Of a stretch of 29,211 bases of DNA, positions 17,948 through 27,500 are shown in pieces (positions within the stretch are counted from its first letter, which is position 1; each line of letters begins with the position of its first letter). The notes under the pieces are model-generated. The model saw only the letters and a program-made list of their open reading frames with translations. It did no database searches and was not told the origin of the DNA. Made by a program: the position numbers and the translations under genes. The DNA comes from a virus (lineage: Duplodnaviria; Caudoviricetes): IMG/VR virus record IMGVR_UViG_3300031746_000121, positions 1 through 29,211 of that record; one strand, given 5' to 3'.

Positions 17948-18862
17948 TTACACGCCGGGCGTGCCGTACACAGCGCGTGGGTCAGTCCAACCCACGGTGT
18001 AACGCTCAGTAGCCTTGTAGCGCATTGAATCGCTCTCAAAGTCACCTTCCATAGTCTTCTCAAGACCACGGCGCATCATCAACTTCAAGCCTTCAGGCGC
18101 GTCAGTCTGCACCCACCAAGCTGTAGCTGAAGTCAAACGCGACAGAACTGCGCAACCTTCAGGCAACAAACCAATCGACTTGACTGGGTTGATGTCGTTG
18201 TTGGCAGTGCCTGCGCGAAGCACAGACTTCAACAGAACTTCGGCTTGGAACACGTTCCCGGGGGCAACAACCAACTGCTTCGGCTGAAGACGAATCTTCT
18301 TCCCATTATTGTCCACGGCTTGGCGAATCTGAATAAGCATCTGCTCAAGCGAAGTCTGCGACAGATTGGCTGATGTTGCCAACAAGTTGCTGAAGTTGCC
18401 GCTGACAATCGGGTGTGAAGCCGAACTGAGCGCAACGCCATCGCCGCCAACATACGAACTATTGAAAGCGCGGTTTAGCACGTTAGCTGACAGGGTTTCT
18501 TTGGTTTCGACCAAAGACTGTGCCAAGTGCTTGGCATAGACCTGACCCAAACGGATGTGGTCGCCGTCTTCAACGAGTACCTTGGTCAGTGCAAAGGCAA
18601 GCCCGTACACTTTGTAGAGGTAACGCTGTAAGAACAGAACACCACCCTGTTGGTACGTCACTGCGCTACCGTCAGGTAACTCAGGTGCTGCACCGAAGCC
18701 ATACAGGACTGGCTCTTCGTGGTAGTTGCGTGGAATGCCAGTCTGCTCACGGAACACTTTGTTCCACTCGTCAGAGCGTTGGTCATACACGCCATCAAAA
18801 ACTTCGCTCAAGATCGGCTCAACAACCGATCTAAAGTCGGTACTGCGCATTGGTGCTGCCAT
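17948..18862 (-). CDS. Major capsid protein (Mu gpT-like, HK97 fold)
   Basis: 304 aa; 'FGAAPELPDGSAVTY', 'GGDGVALSSASHP', 'LVVAP', 'GDFESDSMRYKATERY..GWTDPR'; followed by a terminator. Confidence 0.85.
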   Translation of the reverse strand: MAAPMRSTDFRSVVEPILSEVFDGVYDQRSDEWNKVFREQTGIPRNYHEEPVLYGFGAAPELPDGSAVTYQQGGVLFLQRYLYKVYGLAFALTKVLVEDGDHIRLGQVYAKHLAQSLVETKETLSANVLNRAFNSSYVGGDGVALSSASHPIVSGNFSNLLATSANLSQTSLEQMLIQIRQAVDNNGKKIRLQPKQLVVAPGNVFQAEVLLKSVLRAGTANNDINPVKSIGLLPEGCAVLSRLTSATAWWVQTDAPEGLKLMMRRGLEKTMEGDFESDSMRYKATERYTVGWTDPRAVYGTPGV

Positions 18863-18873
18863 GTCAGTTCCCC

Positions 18874-19461
18874 TTAGATGGCGTTAACAGTCGAAATGAA
18901 CTGAGGCTTGCTGACTTGTACCCGAACGATCACGAATGGATCGCCCCATGCATTATCTGCATACGGTGCAATATCAACAATACGGAACTGCGCTGCTGAA
19001 CCTGAACCCACAAGCGAAGCTGACAGAGTCATCTGCGATAAGCCAGTGGTGGTTGATCCTGCAGCGAAGTTGCTCAAGTTTGCTTCGTTACCGATAGCGG
19101 TTTGAGCCATTGTTGCGTCAGTCTGAATTTCGTAGACGAGTTGTTGGTCGTTATAAAAATAGGCGACCACGCTGCCTGCGATAGCAGCGGTGCTTGCGGG
19201 CCAGTAATTCGACACACGGCGGCGACCAGTTGTATCAGTCCACTCAACGCCTGCGAATACGCCTGAAACCAAGCCGCTGTTTGTTGTGGTATCCAAGACT
19301 GGCAGAATCACGCCTGCGTTAGGCGAATACTGAACAGCTTGACCCTTCAGGATGCTTGTTGCATACCCTGAAGCAATTCCATTGGCTAACGCCTGTGCTT
19401 TTTCCACACCAGTAGGGAAGTATGCGGGGCGAAGACCAAAAGGTGCGGATGTTGCACTCAT
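18874..19461 (-). CDS. Putative capsid decoration/minor capsid protein
   Basis: 195 aa; 'APFGLRP', 'GVFAGVEWTD..G', 'YEIQ'; immediately upstream of the major capsid gene. Confidence 0.6.
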   Translation of the reverse strand: MSATSAPFGLRPAYFPTGVEKAQALANGIASGYATSILKGQAVQYSPNAGVILPVLDTTTNSGLVSGVFAGVEWTDTTGRRRVSNYWPASTAAIAGSVVAYFYNDQQLVYEIQTDATMAQTAIGNEANLSNFAAGSTTTGLSQMTLSASLVGSGSAAQFRIVDIAPYADNAWGDPFVIVRVQVSKPQFISTVNAI

Positions 19462-19602
19462 TTGAAAACTCCTAAAATAGTTGAAAAGAAATTTTGATTT
19501 TCGCTTTGTTCAAAGCTACAGGCAAAATCACCATACAACGTGATTTTAGAAATTCTTGATTTAGCACCGCCCACCTTATGCAAAATGGGCGGCTATGTGA
19601 GA

Positions 19603-19629
19603 ATTATAAGGTAATTTTCACAAATACAA
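19603..19629 (-). promoter_or_regulatory. Candidate promoter for the decoration and capsid genes
   Basis: Perfect TATAAT (19603-19608) in the largest intergenic gap; TTGTAT lies only 15 nt upstream, so the -35 is weak. Confidence 0.4.
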
Positions 19630-19633
19630 CAGA

Positions 19634-20167
19634 TTACTCAAAAACAGGTAGACGAACATTGCTTTCATCAGGCATACCATCGCCTTCTGACTGAACAAGA
19701 CGGCGACCGCTGCTGTCTTTTGTGTTCAAAAGCTGCTCTTGCTGTGTCCGAATCTTGTCTGACTCTTCAATCGGCGCGAAGTGGTGAGTTTCAAGCATAT
19801 AGTCTTGATAAATCTCCATCGGCAAGCGATAAAGCACCATCTCGTTGATCGAAATGTGTCCGATATTCTCGCCTGACTTGACTTTGAGGTGTTCAAAGCC
19901 TTGCAAGTCATCCGTGGTCACCGCTTGGTAGCCCAAACGCATACGCTTGTGGATCGTGTCGTATGCATTTGTTGTAGAAAGCCAACAATAGTGCCAATTT
20001 GGATCATCAGGCACTTTTGGAAGCGATTCCTGCATGAACTCATCGCGGAACATCTTGCGGCGTGCCAAGGTTGACGCTAATTTCTCGTCTGCAGGGCTGC
20101 GATCTGCGTTTTGTGCTGCACGGCTCTCACGCCCTGCGCCTGAACTGCGTTTTAAACGGCTATCCAT
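19634..20167 (-). CDS. Hypothetical head-module protein
   Basis: 177 aa; 'P.WHYCWL......I..RMRLGY..V'; between scaffold and capsid genes. Confidence 0.75.
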   Translation of the reverse strand: MDSRLKRSSGAGRESRAAQNADRSPADEKLASTLARRKMFRDEFMQESLPKVPDDPNWHYCWLSTTNAYDTIHKRMRLGYQAVTTDDLQGFEHLKVKSGENIGHISINEMVLYRLPMEIYQDYMLETHHFAPIEESDKIRTQQEQLLNTKDSSGRRLVQSEGDGMPDESNVRLPVFE

Positions 20168-21132
20168 TATTGATTTCCTTTGTTAAGACGGTCATGTTCC
20201 ATGTAACGCTTCACCATTGCGGCTTTGCGTACTGGGTCGTTCCAAGCGCCTGTTTCTTTCATGGCTGCGACACGCTCAGGGCTGATGCGATACTCATTTG
20301 AGCGGGTGTTTGGCGCACTTTCACGCCCCGACCCAGTCACGATAGACCTTGGCGGCGTGCGCTGTGAGCGGTCATCACGCTGATTGCGACTTTCAGTAAA
20401 GCGGTGAGGCACATATTTCTTGAGTCGATCATCAAGTTCATCCCAATAGTCTTGTGATGAGGGGTCAAAACCCTCTTCGGTTAAGGTTTTGTCAATCCGT
20501 TGGGCAATTTCTGAGTCCAAGTTCTTGCCTTGAGGGTCGTACCACTTATGCTTTGCCATCCAGTCAGCAGCCATCTCTTGCACCGCAGGATCAGGTACAT
20601 TGATGTTCTGCTTTGGGGCTGACATTTGCTTGGTGGCGTTCGCTTTGATGTTGTTGAGCGCCTCTAGCTTACGCTGCGACTCATACATCAACTCTTGCGC
20701 TTTGACCACAGCATCGCCGTCTTGCTGACTGACAGCCTCACGCATCTTCATCTTGGAGTATTCGATCTGCACTTGCGTGTCATCGATCACTTTATCAACA
20801 CGCGCTAGTTCAGCGCCCGATGTGCGGGTTTCAAGATTAGCCAACCGTGACTCAAGCGCCTGATTCTGCTTCTTCAGCGCGTTGATCAGGTGGTTCGATT
20901 GACTCGCTTTCTCCTTATGAATCTGTTTCTTGAGGCGGCGTTCCTCGCGTCTTGCAGCACGAATCTGCTCACGATCAGGATCGTCATCGTCAACACCCGC
21001 AGTATCGTCAGGATGGTTATCAACATCGCCCCCTTCGGCTAGTGATTGTGGGTTTTCCTGTTCATCGGGCAGGTTGACTACCGCGCTGCCGTCAGCTTCG
21101 TCTTGCATTTCAAGTTTTTCAGTCGAGTTCAT
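20167..21132 (-). CDS. Putative capsid scaffolding protein
   Basis: 321 aa, acidic N-terminus, long coiled coil, 'W...HKWY', basic C-terminus; position between portal and capsid genes. Confidence 0.65.
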   Translation of the reverse strand: MNSTEKLEMQDEADGSAVVNLPDEQENPQSLAEGGDVDNHPDDTAGVDDDDPDREQIRAARREERRLKKQIHKEKASQSNHLINALKKQNQALESRLANLETRTSGAELARVDKVIDDTQVQIEYSKMKMREAVSQQDGDAVVKAQELMYESQRKLEALNNIKANATKQMSAPKQNINVPDPAVQEMAADWMAKHKWYDPQGKNLDSEIAQRIDKTLTEEGFDPSSQDYWDELDDRLKKYVPHRFTESRNQRDDRSQRTPPRSIVTGSGRESAPNTRSNEYRISPERVAAMKETGAWNDPVRKAAMVKRYMEHDRLNKGNQ

Positions 21133-21527
21133 AGGAACGCCTTAACTTTGAGTGGATCACCAGTTACTTTTGAGATCACTTCGATATCATTGAAGATGGC
21201 AAACAGAGCGCACTCTTTGTTATCTTCGCCAAGTGGTACTTCCCACCGATCACCGCCCCAACGTGGTACGCGCACATAGTCGCCTACCGCCGCCCAAACA
21301 CCTTCAGCCCACAACTCTAGCGTGTCGCGGTTGCGGTAAGCCAATGCGCCAAGTTCAATGACTTTGCACACCTGCGTGTTCCACTTTTCAGTTTCTTTGG
21401 TTTCTTCCACAAGAATGATTCCACTTGCTGTGGTCTTCTTGGGGGTTTGCTTGAACTGGACTAAGACTCTTCCACCAAGCGGGGCGCAACCTGAATCAAC
21501 TACTGGAAATGCTTCTTCTAAAGTCAT
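21129..21527 (-). CDS. groES: GroES/Cpn10-like co-chaperonin
   Basis: 'PLGGRVLV', mobile loop 'TASGIILVE', 'VIELG..AY', 'VGDYV', 'IFNDIEVISKV'. Confidence 0.85.
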   Translation of the reverse strand: MTLEEAFPVVDSGCAPLGGRVLVQFKQTPKKTTASGIILVEETKETEKWNTQVCKVIELGALAYRNRDTLELWAEGVWAAVGDYVRVPRWGGDRWEVPLGEDNKECALFAIFNDIEVISKVTGDPLKVKAFL

Positions 21528-21541
21528 ACGACTTCCTTGTT

Positions 21542-21594
21542 AAAAGCGCCATTCGGCGCGGGTATTGAAAGGTTTGTTTTTAAAGACAAACCTT
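21542..21594 (-). terminator. Two tandem hairpins; the second is terminator-like
   Basis: AAGGTTTGT...ACAAACCTT inverted repeat (21569-21594), then minus strand GCGCC-GAAT-GGCGC-TTTT (21542-21559). Confidence 0.45.
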
Positions 21595-21595
21595 C

Positions 21596-21775
21596 CTAAA
21601 TCTCGCGTTCATCCTCTTGCAATAGGTTGTCGAGCATCTCTAAGGCTTCACCAAGCCCCTGATACTCTCCGACCAAGCGGTGATACGACTCAATATTGAT
21701 TGCGCGACCTTCAGCAAGAGCAAGCGCGATTTCCACGCGCCGCTTCTTGATCTGATCGATTAACTGGTTGATCAT
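21596..21775 (-). CDS. Hypothetical protein, 59 aa (MINQLIDQIKKRRVEIALALAEGRAINIESYHRLVGEYQGLGEALEMLDNLLQEDEREI); not in the ORF track
   Basis: ATGA overlap with the upstream gene, TAG at 21596; helical 'Y..LVG..QGL..A' pattern. Confidence 0.8.
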   Translation of the reverse strand: MINQLIDQIKKRRVEIALALAEGRAINIESYHRLVGEYQGLGEALEMLDNLLQEDEREI

Positions 21776-22053
21776 TTGCCGTGACTAGCAGATTTAATTT
21801 TTCTGCGTTTAGGCAAAAGTTTTTCTCTGATGTTGCCGCCCTCTACATTGCCGCCTCTTTTAAATGTGGCAATCTTTGCGCCTGTTCCTTTGACCAATGG
21901 CATGACCTCACCCTTGGCGGGTAGGTTAGCGACCTTGCTCTCAGCCATGACTGCGCCGCCGCCTGCGAACTTGGGGAGTGACCCCTTGCCCTTTGCCATC
22001 GGAACGGATTCGCCCATTGCCATGCGTTTGTGTTGCGAGATACCTTCAGCCAT
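21772..22053 (-). CDS. Small basic hypothetical protein with FAGGG and FKRGG motifs
   Basis: 93 aa; AGGAG ribosome-binding site within the end of the portal gene. Confidence 0.75.
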   Translation of the reverse strand: MAEGISQHKRMAMGESVPMAKGKGSLPKFAGGGAVMAESKVANLPAKGEVMPLVKGTGAKIATFKRGGNVEGGNIREKLLPKRRKIKSASHGK

Positions 22054-22055
22054 GA

Positions 22056-24596
22056 TTAAACTCCTTGGGGTGGTTCAGTTGGGGGTTGTGCTGCTTCCTG
22101 CTGTGCTTGTGCTGCCTGTTGTGCTTGAAGTTGCTGCTCTTGCTGCGCCTGCAATTGCTGACGCTGCTGCTCATGTTGCTGCTCAAGCGTCAGCAAGTTG
22201 ATATCGTGCGTAAGTTCTGCGGCTTTAATTTGCTGATCAGCCACGTTTTTTTCTTGCTTGGCTTGAGTGTCTGCAGTTAACTTCGCTGCCTCAAACTGCA
22301 ATCGATCATTGTCGTTCTTCGCCTTGCGCTGAGTTTCAGCCATCTGCGTTTGAACCAGTGCCTGAACTGATGGATCATTCGGTTGTTGCTGCGATTTCAA
22401 TTGCTGAATCGTCTGAATCATCTGCTGCATGACAGGCATCATGCCTTGGAACTGTTCAGCCGTATCCTGATGCAAGTGCTGCGATGACAGGGCAAGCAAC
22501 TGCTGCGCTTTGTCAATGATCGGTTGCACCTTCAGAATGTTGAACGGTTCTTGCAGCGAATTGCTTGCGTATGCATCCATGCGCTGCAGATACCACAGCG
22601 TTAGGTGCTGCTTGATGTGTTCAAGCGCAGCGGGAATGAACGCAGGGGCTACGATGGGGTTTGCGCCGTACACAGGGTCTTTGGCGTAGTCCAAATGCAC
22701 CTGAAGGTGTGCTAGGTGGTCTTGATGCGGGAACGCGCCTGCAGGCTTGCCAAGCGTCATAGCCACGTTCTCAAGCGCGGGGTTCATCTCTTTAACGTCT
22801 TGCGGATCAGGTAGCACTTCATTGATATCAGGAAGTTTGATTTGCTTAAGAATGCGCTTTTCAACAGCCAAGAGGTTATAAAGATTTGGATTCGCCTGCG
22901 CTCTTGCGGCGAGAGCCTGAATCTGAGCATAGCGTTGCGACTCCGCAAAGATGTGGGGATCAGAAACTGGTACGACATCGGTGTTGCGCTCAAAGTCCTC
23001 CTTGGTCACGCCAAGTTCTTGAGCCATGTCGGTCTTCTCAACATCAAGATACCAACGGTTCAAGCGACCAAGAATCTTCAGTACACGCGCCTGACTTGTG
23101 TGCAACCGCGAGTGGATCGATGAGAACACCGCAGCGCCCTGTTCGATCAGCGCCTGAGTCGTACCAACGGGGGAGTTGGATGTGACGTTGGCGATCTTTT
23201 CTTCGGCGGTAGTGACTACCCCCTTGGCTGCGGTGGTCAGCCACCCTAGAAGCTGAAATAGCACGGCAGAGGGTGGGTTGAACGGCATGGGCATGGCGAT
23301 CTTGCGGATGTCATCGACACCGGGCGCACCTTCGATCTCCACCACCTGCGTGGGTTCAACCGTCTGACTCTGACCCGAAATCTTCCCGCCCTTCAGCTTC
23401 AGCATCGTGCTGCTGTTGTTGATGTGTGCGCTATCCAACAAAGCACGCAAGCTACCAGTAAGCGCGGCAGCAAGACCGCCGATCAGGTGTGGCAAGCCAA
23501 TTGCGTATGCGCCGCGCCACGGGATGAACTTGAATTCAACGATCCAATCCAACTTGATCATGTCCTCGTCACCGTCTTCCCAGTTCCGATACATCCCAAT
23601 CACTTCGGTTGTCTGATCATCGATCATCAAGATGTAGGGGGCGCGTTCGCCGCCTGACTCTTTATCGTCTTCGATCTCCATCCATGTGTAGATGTGATAC
23701 ACGCGCCGCACGCCATCAATGTTCTCGTTCTCAGACTTGCGACCCTCAATGCGGTCGTTCGCCTTTTCAGGTCGGCTTTGCTCAGGCTCTTGGCTTGCGC
23801 GGTAGATGTCGGTGTCGCGGTACATCCCTGATGCCACGCGCACGCCGTACTCGTCTTCGGTCAGGTCGTTGACTTCGGTCACACGCGAGGCGGTGTAGAA
23901 GTTTGCAGCCGCGAACGGTAGGTATACGTTGTCAATCGGCAGGAACTCAGCGCAGGGGCGGCGCTTACCCTCGTCATACCACATCTTCATGTACTGACTG
24001 CCGCCCAAGGGAAGCTGCGTCAGAAGCTGCTCTTCCTCATCGCGGTACTCTTCGATCTGTTCGGTAAGCTGCCAGTTCATAAAGTCGCGCTTGCGCTCTG
24101 CGAGTTTGGTCTTCTGCTCTGTGACCTCGCCTGCGATCTTGGTCTTGACTGGCCCGTCAGGCGGGAACAATTCCTTGATGGCGCGTGCTGCGAAGTCAAC
24201 GCAACCTTCTGCCATCACGGGATGCACGACACGCGATGCGCCGTTGAACTGAGCGCCGCCGGGGGCATCGTTGCCCATGCCAGTTCTGCGTAACCCGTCT
24301 TCGTATTGCTTGTCGCGCTCTTCACGCGCCTCTTTGTCTTTTTCGACCAGTTCAATGTACTTCAGCGCGATGTCGCCCAAGTCATACGAATCAAGTTCTT
24401 CAGCCATGTTGCTGTAAAAGTCAGGCGAGTCTTCGGGTGTCTTCAGATCATCAAGGTTGACAACCGCTGACCCGTCATCCATCTCTTGGATGCTTTCATC
24501 AAACAAGTGAACTTCAGCGATCTCACCTAGCGCACCCATGTCCTCAATCGGATCAATGTGGCGGTCGTAGTCCTGCGGTATAGGCATATCAGCCAT
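22056..24596 (-). CDS. Portal protein (P22-like) with Gln-rich C-terminal extension
   Basis: 846 aa; 'GASRVVHPVMAE', 'ELFPPDGPVKT', 'DFMNWQLTE', 'PVGTTQALIEQG...FSSIHSRLH', 'PVSDP'. Confidence 0.85.
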   Translation of the reverse strand: MADMPIPQDYDRHIDPIEDMGALGEIAEVHLFDESIQEMDDGSAVVNLDDLKTPEDSPDFYSNMAEELDSYDLGDIALKYIELVEKDKEAREERDKQYEDGLRRTGMGNDAPGGAQFNGASRVVHPVMAEGCVDFAARAIKELFPPDGPVKTKIAGEVTEQKTKLAERKRDFMNWQLTEQIEEYRDEEEQLLTQLPLGGSQYMKMWYDEGKRRPCAEFLPIDNVYLPFAAANFYTASRVTEVNDLTEDEYGVRVASGMYRDTDIYRASQEPEQSRPEKANDRIEGRKSENENIDGVRRVYHIYTWMEIEDDKESGGERAPYILMIDDQTTEVIGMYRNWEDGDEDMIKLDWIVEFKFIPWRGAYAIGLPHLIGGLAAALTGSLRALLDSAHINNSSTMLKLKGGKISGQSQTVEPTQVVEIEGAPGVDDIRKIAMPMPFNPPSAVLFQLLGWLTTAAKGVVTTAEEKIANVTSNSPVGTTQALIEQGAAVFSSIHSRLHTSQARVLKILGRLNRWYLDVEKTDMAQELGVTKEDFERNTDVVPVSDPHIFAESQRYAQIQALAARAQANPNLYNLLAVEKRILKQIKLPDINEVLPDPQDVKEMNPALENVAMTLGKPAGAFPHQDHLAHLQVHLDYAKDPVYGANPIVAPAFIPAALEHIKQHLTLWYLQRMDAYASNSLQEPFNILKVQPIIDKAQQLLALSSQHLHQDTAEQFQGMMPVMQQMIQTIQQLKSQQQPNDPSVQALVQTQMAETQRKAKNDNDRLQFEAAKLTADTQAKQEKNVADQQIKAAELTHDINLLTLEQQHEQQRQQLQAQQEQQLQAQQAAQAQQEAAQPPTEPPQGV

Positions 24597-27500
24597 GTTT
24601 ATTCCTTAGTAACTCTTTGCGCATATCGTCTGCGGATTTGGCGAACGACACCTTGCCGCCCTTTGCCATGTGAATGCCTGTGCTGAACTCTTTGCGCATC
24701 GCGGGGGTGATGTCCATGTAGTGCAGGGGTTCGGCAGCACCTTCTACGTCAACGGTTGTCTTGCCAACGCCTGCACCGTACTTTTTGCCGAATTTCTTGA
24801 GGTAGGTTGGGTATATCTCGTCGTAATACTTCTTCATGCCCTCGCCGCCGACTTCCAAGTCCACACCGCTTAAAGTTCTTGCGCCATATTTATTTGGTTC
24901 TGAATCTAATAATTTTTTTGCAACTTCTTTACCAACAATTGCACCCAATTCTTCGGGTTTTTTACCATTTAAACTTTTAACGCTGTCACGATTTTTATAA
25001 AAATATATATCGCCATTTTTGCCGTACACAATTTCGTCAACATGGTTGGTCAATTTAAACCGATCTGCCACCCGCGCACCAGTCGGCAGCGCCACACGGT
25101 CGTAGCCGCCATCGATTGCTTCTTTGACCGCACGGCGTAGGGCGAGTTGATACCAGTCGTCTTTGTAGGGGGCGTTGGGTACGCCTTCTTTGACTTTTCT
25201 TTCGTGAGTTTCATATTTGATGTCAACCATATTTTTCCAACCAACATCAATATTTGCTTCAGCCTCTTCTTTGGTTTTGCCAAACCCAATTGGGATTCGT
25301 TGACCATCTTTTGTTTCGTAATATGCCTCAACAGATTTTTCCATTGTTGGGCCATACCCCTGTTCTCTTCCCGCCTGATGCCAGTCAGACTGCACCTCAT
25401 CGACGAGCAGCGTCTTCTTGCCGTCAGTCACTCGATCGCTCATGCGCAGGTGGGCGAGTACGTTGGGTTCGTCAAAGTGTGATGAGCGGTAAGGATCGGT
25501 CATAGCTTTTTTCCAACTTTCAGCTAACTCATCTGAGCCGCCACGCTGCAAAATGTCGTTCACTGATATTCTGTCAGTTTTGTTTTTAGTGATACCTAGT
25601 GCTTTAATTTGATCCATCAACGCATCTTTTGGATCAGGCATCGTGATCACCACCTCGCGGTAGTTTTCGCCCCCGGGCAGCGCGTGTTCTTCGAACTTTG
25701 TAGGCTTAGAGTTAGGAATTTCATACGCGCTATTAGCTTCTGCATTTCTTTTGAGTTGCACGTTAATTATTTGATCTTCAACTTTGCGCCGAGATGCATT
25801 GTCACCTGCGTCAAAATAAGCATCATGTTTTTTGTACAACCTATCAATTTCAGGTTGATAAAAATCAAATATTTCTTTGCGATTTGCCATTCCAACAGGA
25901 TCTTCTTTAACTGCCCCATACAACGTCTCACCCAAGCCCAACTTGTTCTGCGCGATGTAGTCCTGCACTTCAGCCGCTGTGACGTTTTTCTTGTCCTTGA
26001 GCCATGTATCCAAGCCCATACCGCTGATCTCTTCAGAGCGCACGTTCTCGCCCTTCATAATGTCATTCAAAAACGCCTGACCGTTGCCTGACTTGCGCTG
26101 CAGGTTCAGTGCTGCCGCCTCAGTGGGCGAGTAGAACCCCTGCTCATTGGCGGGGGCGAGTGCCTTGGCAGGTTTAGGTGCTGACGGTTCAACCATAAAT
26201 GCGTTGGGGGCGACCATGCCGGGCATCTGCCCACGACCGTACAACTCCGCTGCCATCTCTGCCGCACTCTTGGCGAACGGAGTAATTGCTTTAGCGCCTG
26301 TTCTGACCACCTTCGTTGCAGCCTTGGCAGCAGGCCCACCAAACTGAGCGATGTCAAGCACCCGTGGGTCAAGCAGCGGCTCTGTTCCGTTGCTCAGATT
26401 CTTCCAATTTTTGTCAATAATTCCGCGCACAGGATTGTCTTCGTCTGTTTCGCGTACCGTGCCTGTCAAGTCTTGCATCAATGTACCCGCACCTTTAAGC
26501 GGATCAGCTAAAAACATATTAGCCAAGAAGTTTTTGACAGGGTGCTTCTCTGCGGTTGGCTCAATCGACTCGCTTATGAACTTTCCTGCTTTGTCCATGT
26601 ACCCGCCGAACGTACCGATCCAATCTTGCACTGGGTTGCGAGGCGTAGCTTGCATCACAGGGCTGTTGGCGAGTTCGTACCGCATCTGATCAAGCGATGC
26701 CTGACCGCCCTCGTCAAAGCGTTGCACCTGACCGCCGTTCGCCATGTGCCGACCGCCCTCATGCATCCCGATGGATGTGCGGTACTGGTCGAACGTCATC
26801 TTGCCCATATCGCCCTGAACTGGTGTCTGCACCTGACCGCCAATGGCTTCTGACAGCACCTGACCGCCTTGCGCCATGCGAACTGCGCCGCCGTGTGCCT
26901 TGGTGATAGACGGCTCGTTGGGGTCATATGTGCCACGGTTACCGATGGCTGATTTGATTTGGCGCTCAGGGTCGAGCATGATGTATTCGTGCGGCTCGTT
27001 GGACTTGTGCGGGTCGGCGTAGTGGATGTAGTCGTAACCCGCCTCTTTAATTGCTTTTGCCGTGTTTGGCGAAACCATATAGGGCAACTCGCCTTTGCCG
27101 CCTGCAAATACGTCATTCGCCCATTGTTGCATCTGCGGATCATCAATCAACAATGGTCGAGATGCGTTGCTGTAGACGGGCATCACGTTTGTGCCTTCTT
27201 TAAACCCGCGCTGCCCACCACCAATATTGTGTGCGGCGGGTTGATACTCAGGGTTGTCGGTCAGCCAAGTTGCCACACCGCTCATTGTTGGATCGTTGCC
27301 GCCTGCCTTAAACTGGTCAAAGTCCTTGGGCGTTGCGTGGTACAGCCGAAGCGGATCGCCTTCGTCTGTTTTGATCTTGCCGCTGCTCATCCACTGCTTC
27401 AGGTTCGCATCCTTCTCTGCCTGCGACAACGCAGCAGGTTTGGTCGCCGCCTTAGCAATCTTCTTCATCGCGCCGCCCCCACCCATGCGCTGCGGCTGAT

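Noticed and set aside
22056-22450. Gln-rich portal C-terminus as a novel element
   Set aside because: Consistent with the helical barrel extension known in P22-like portals
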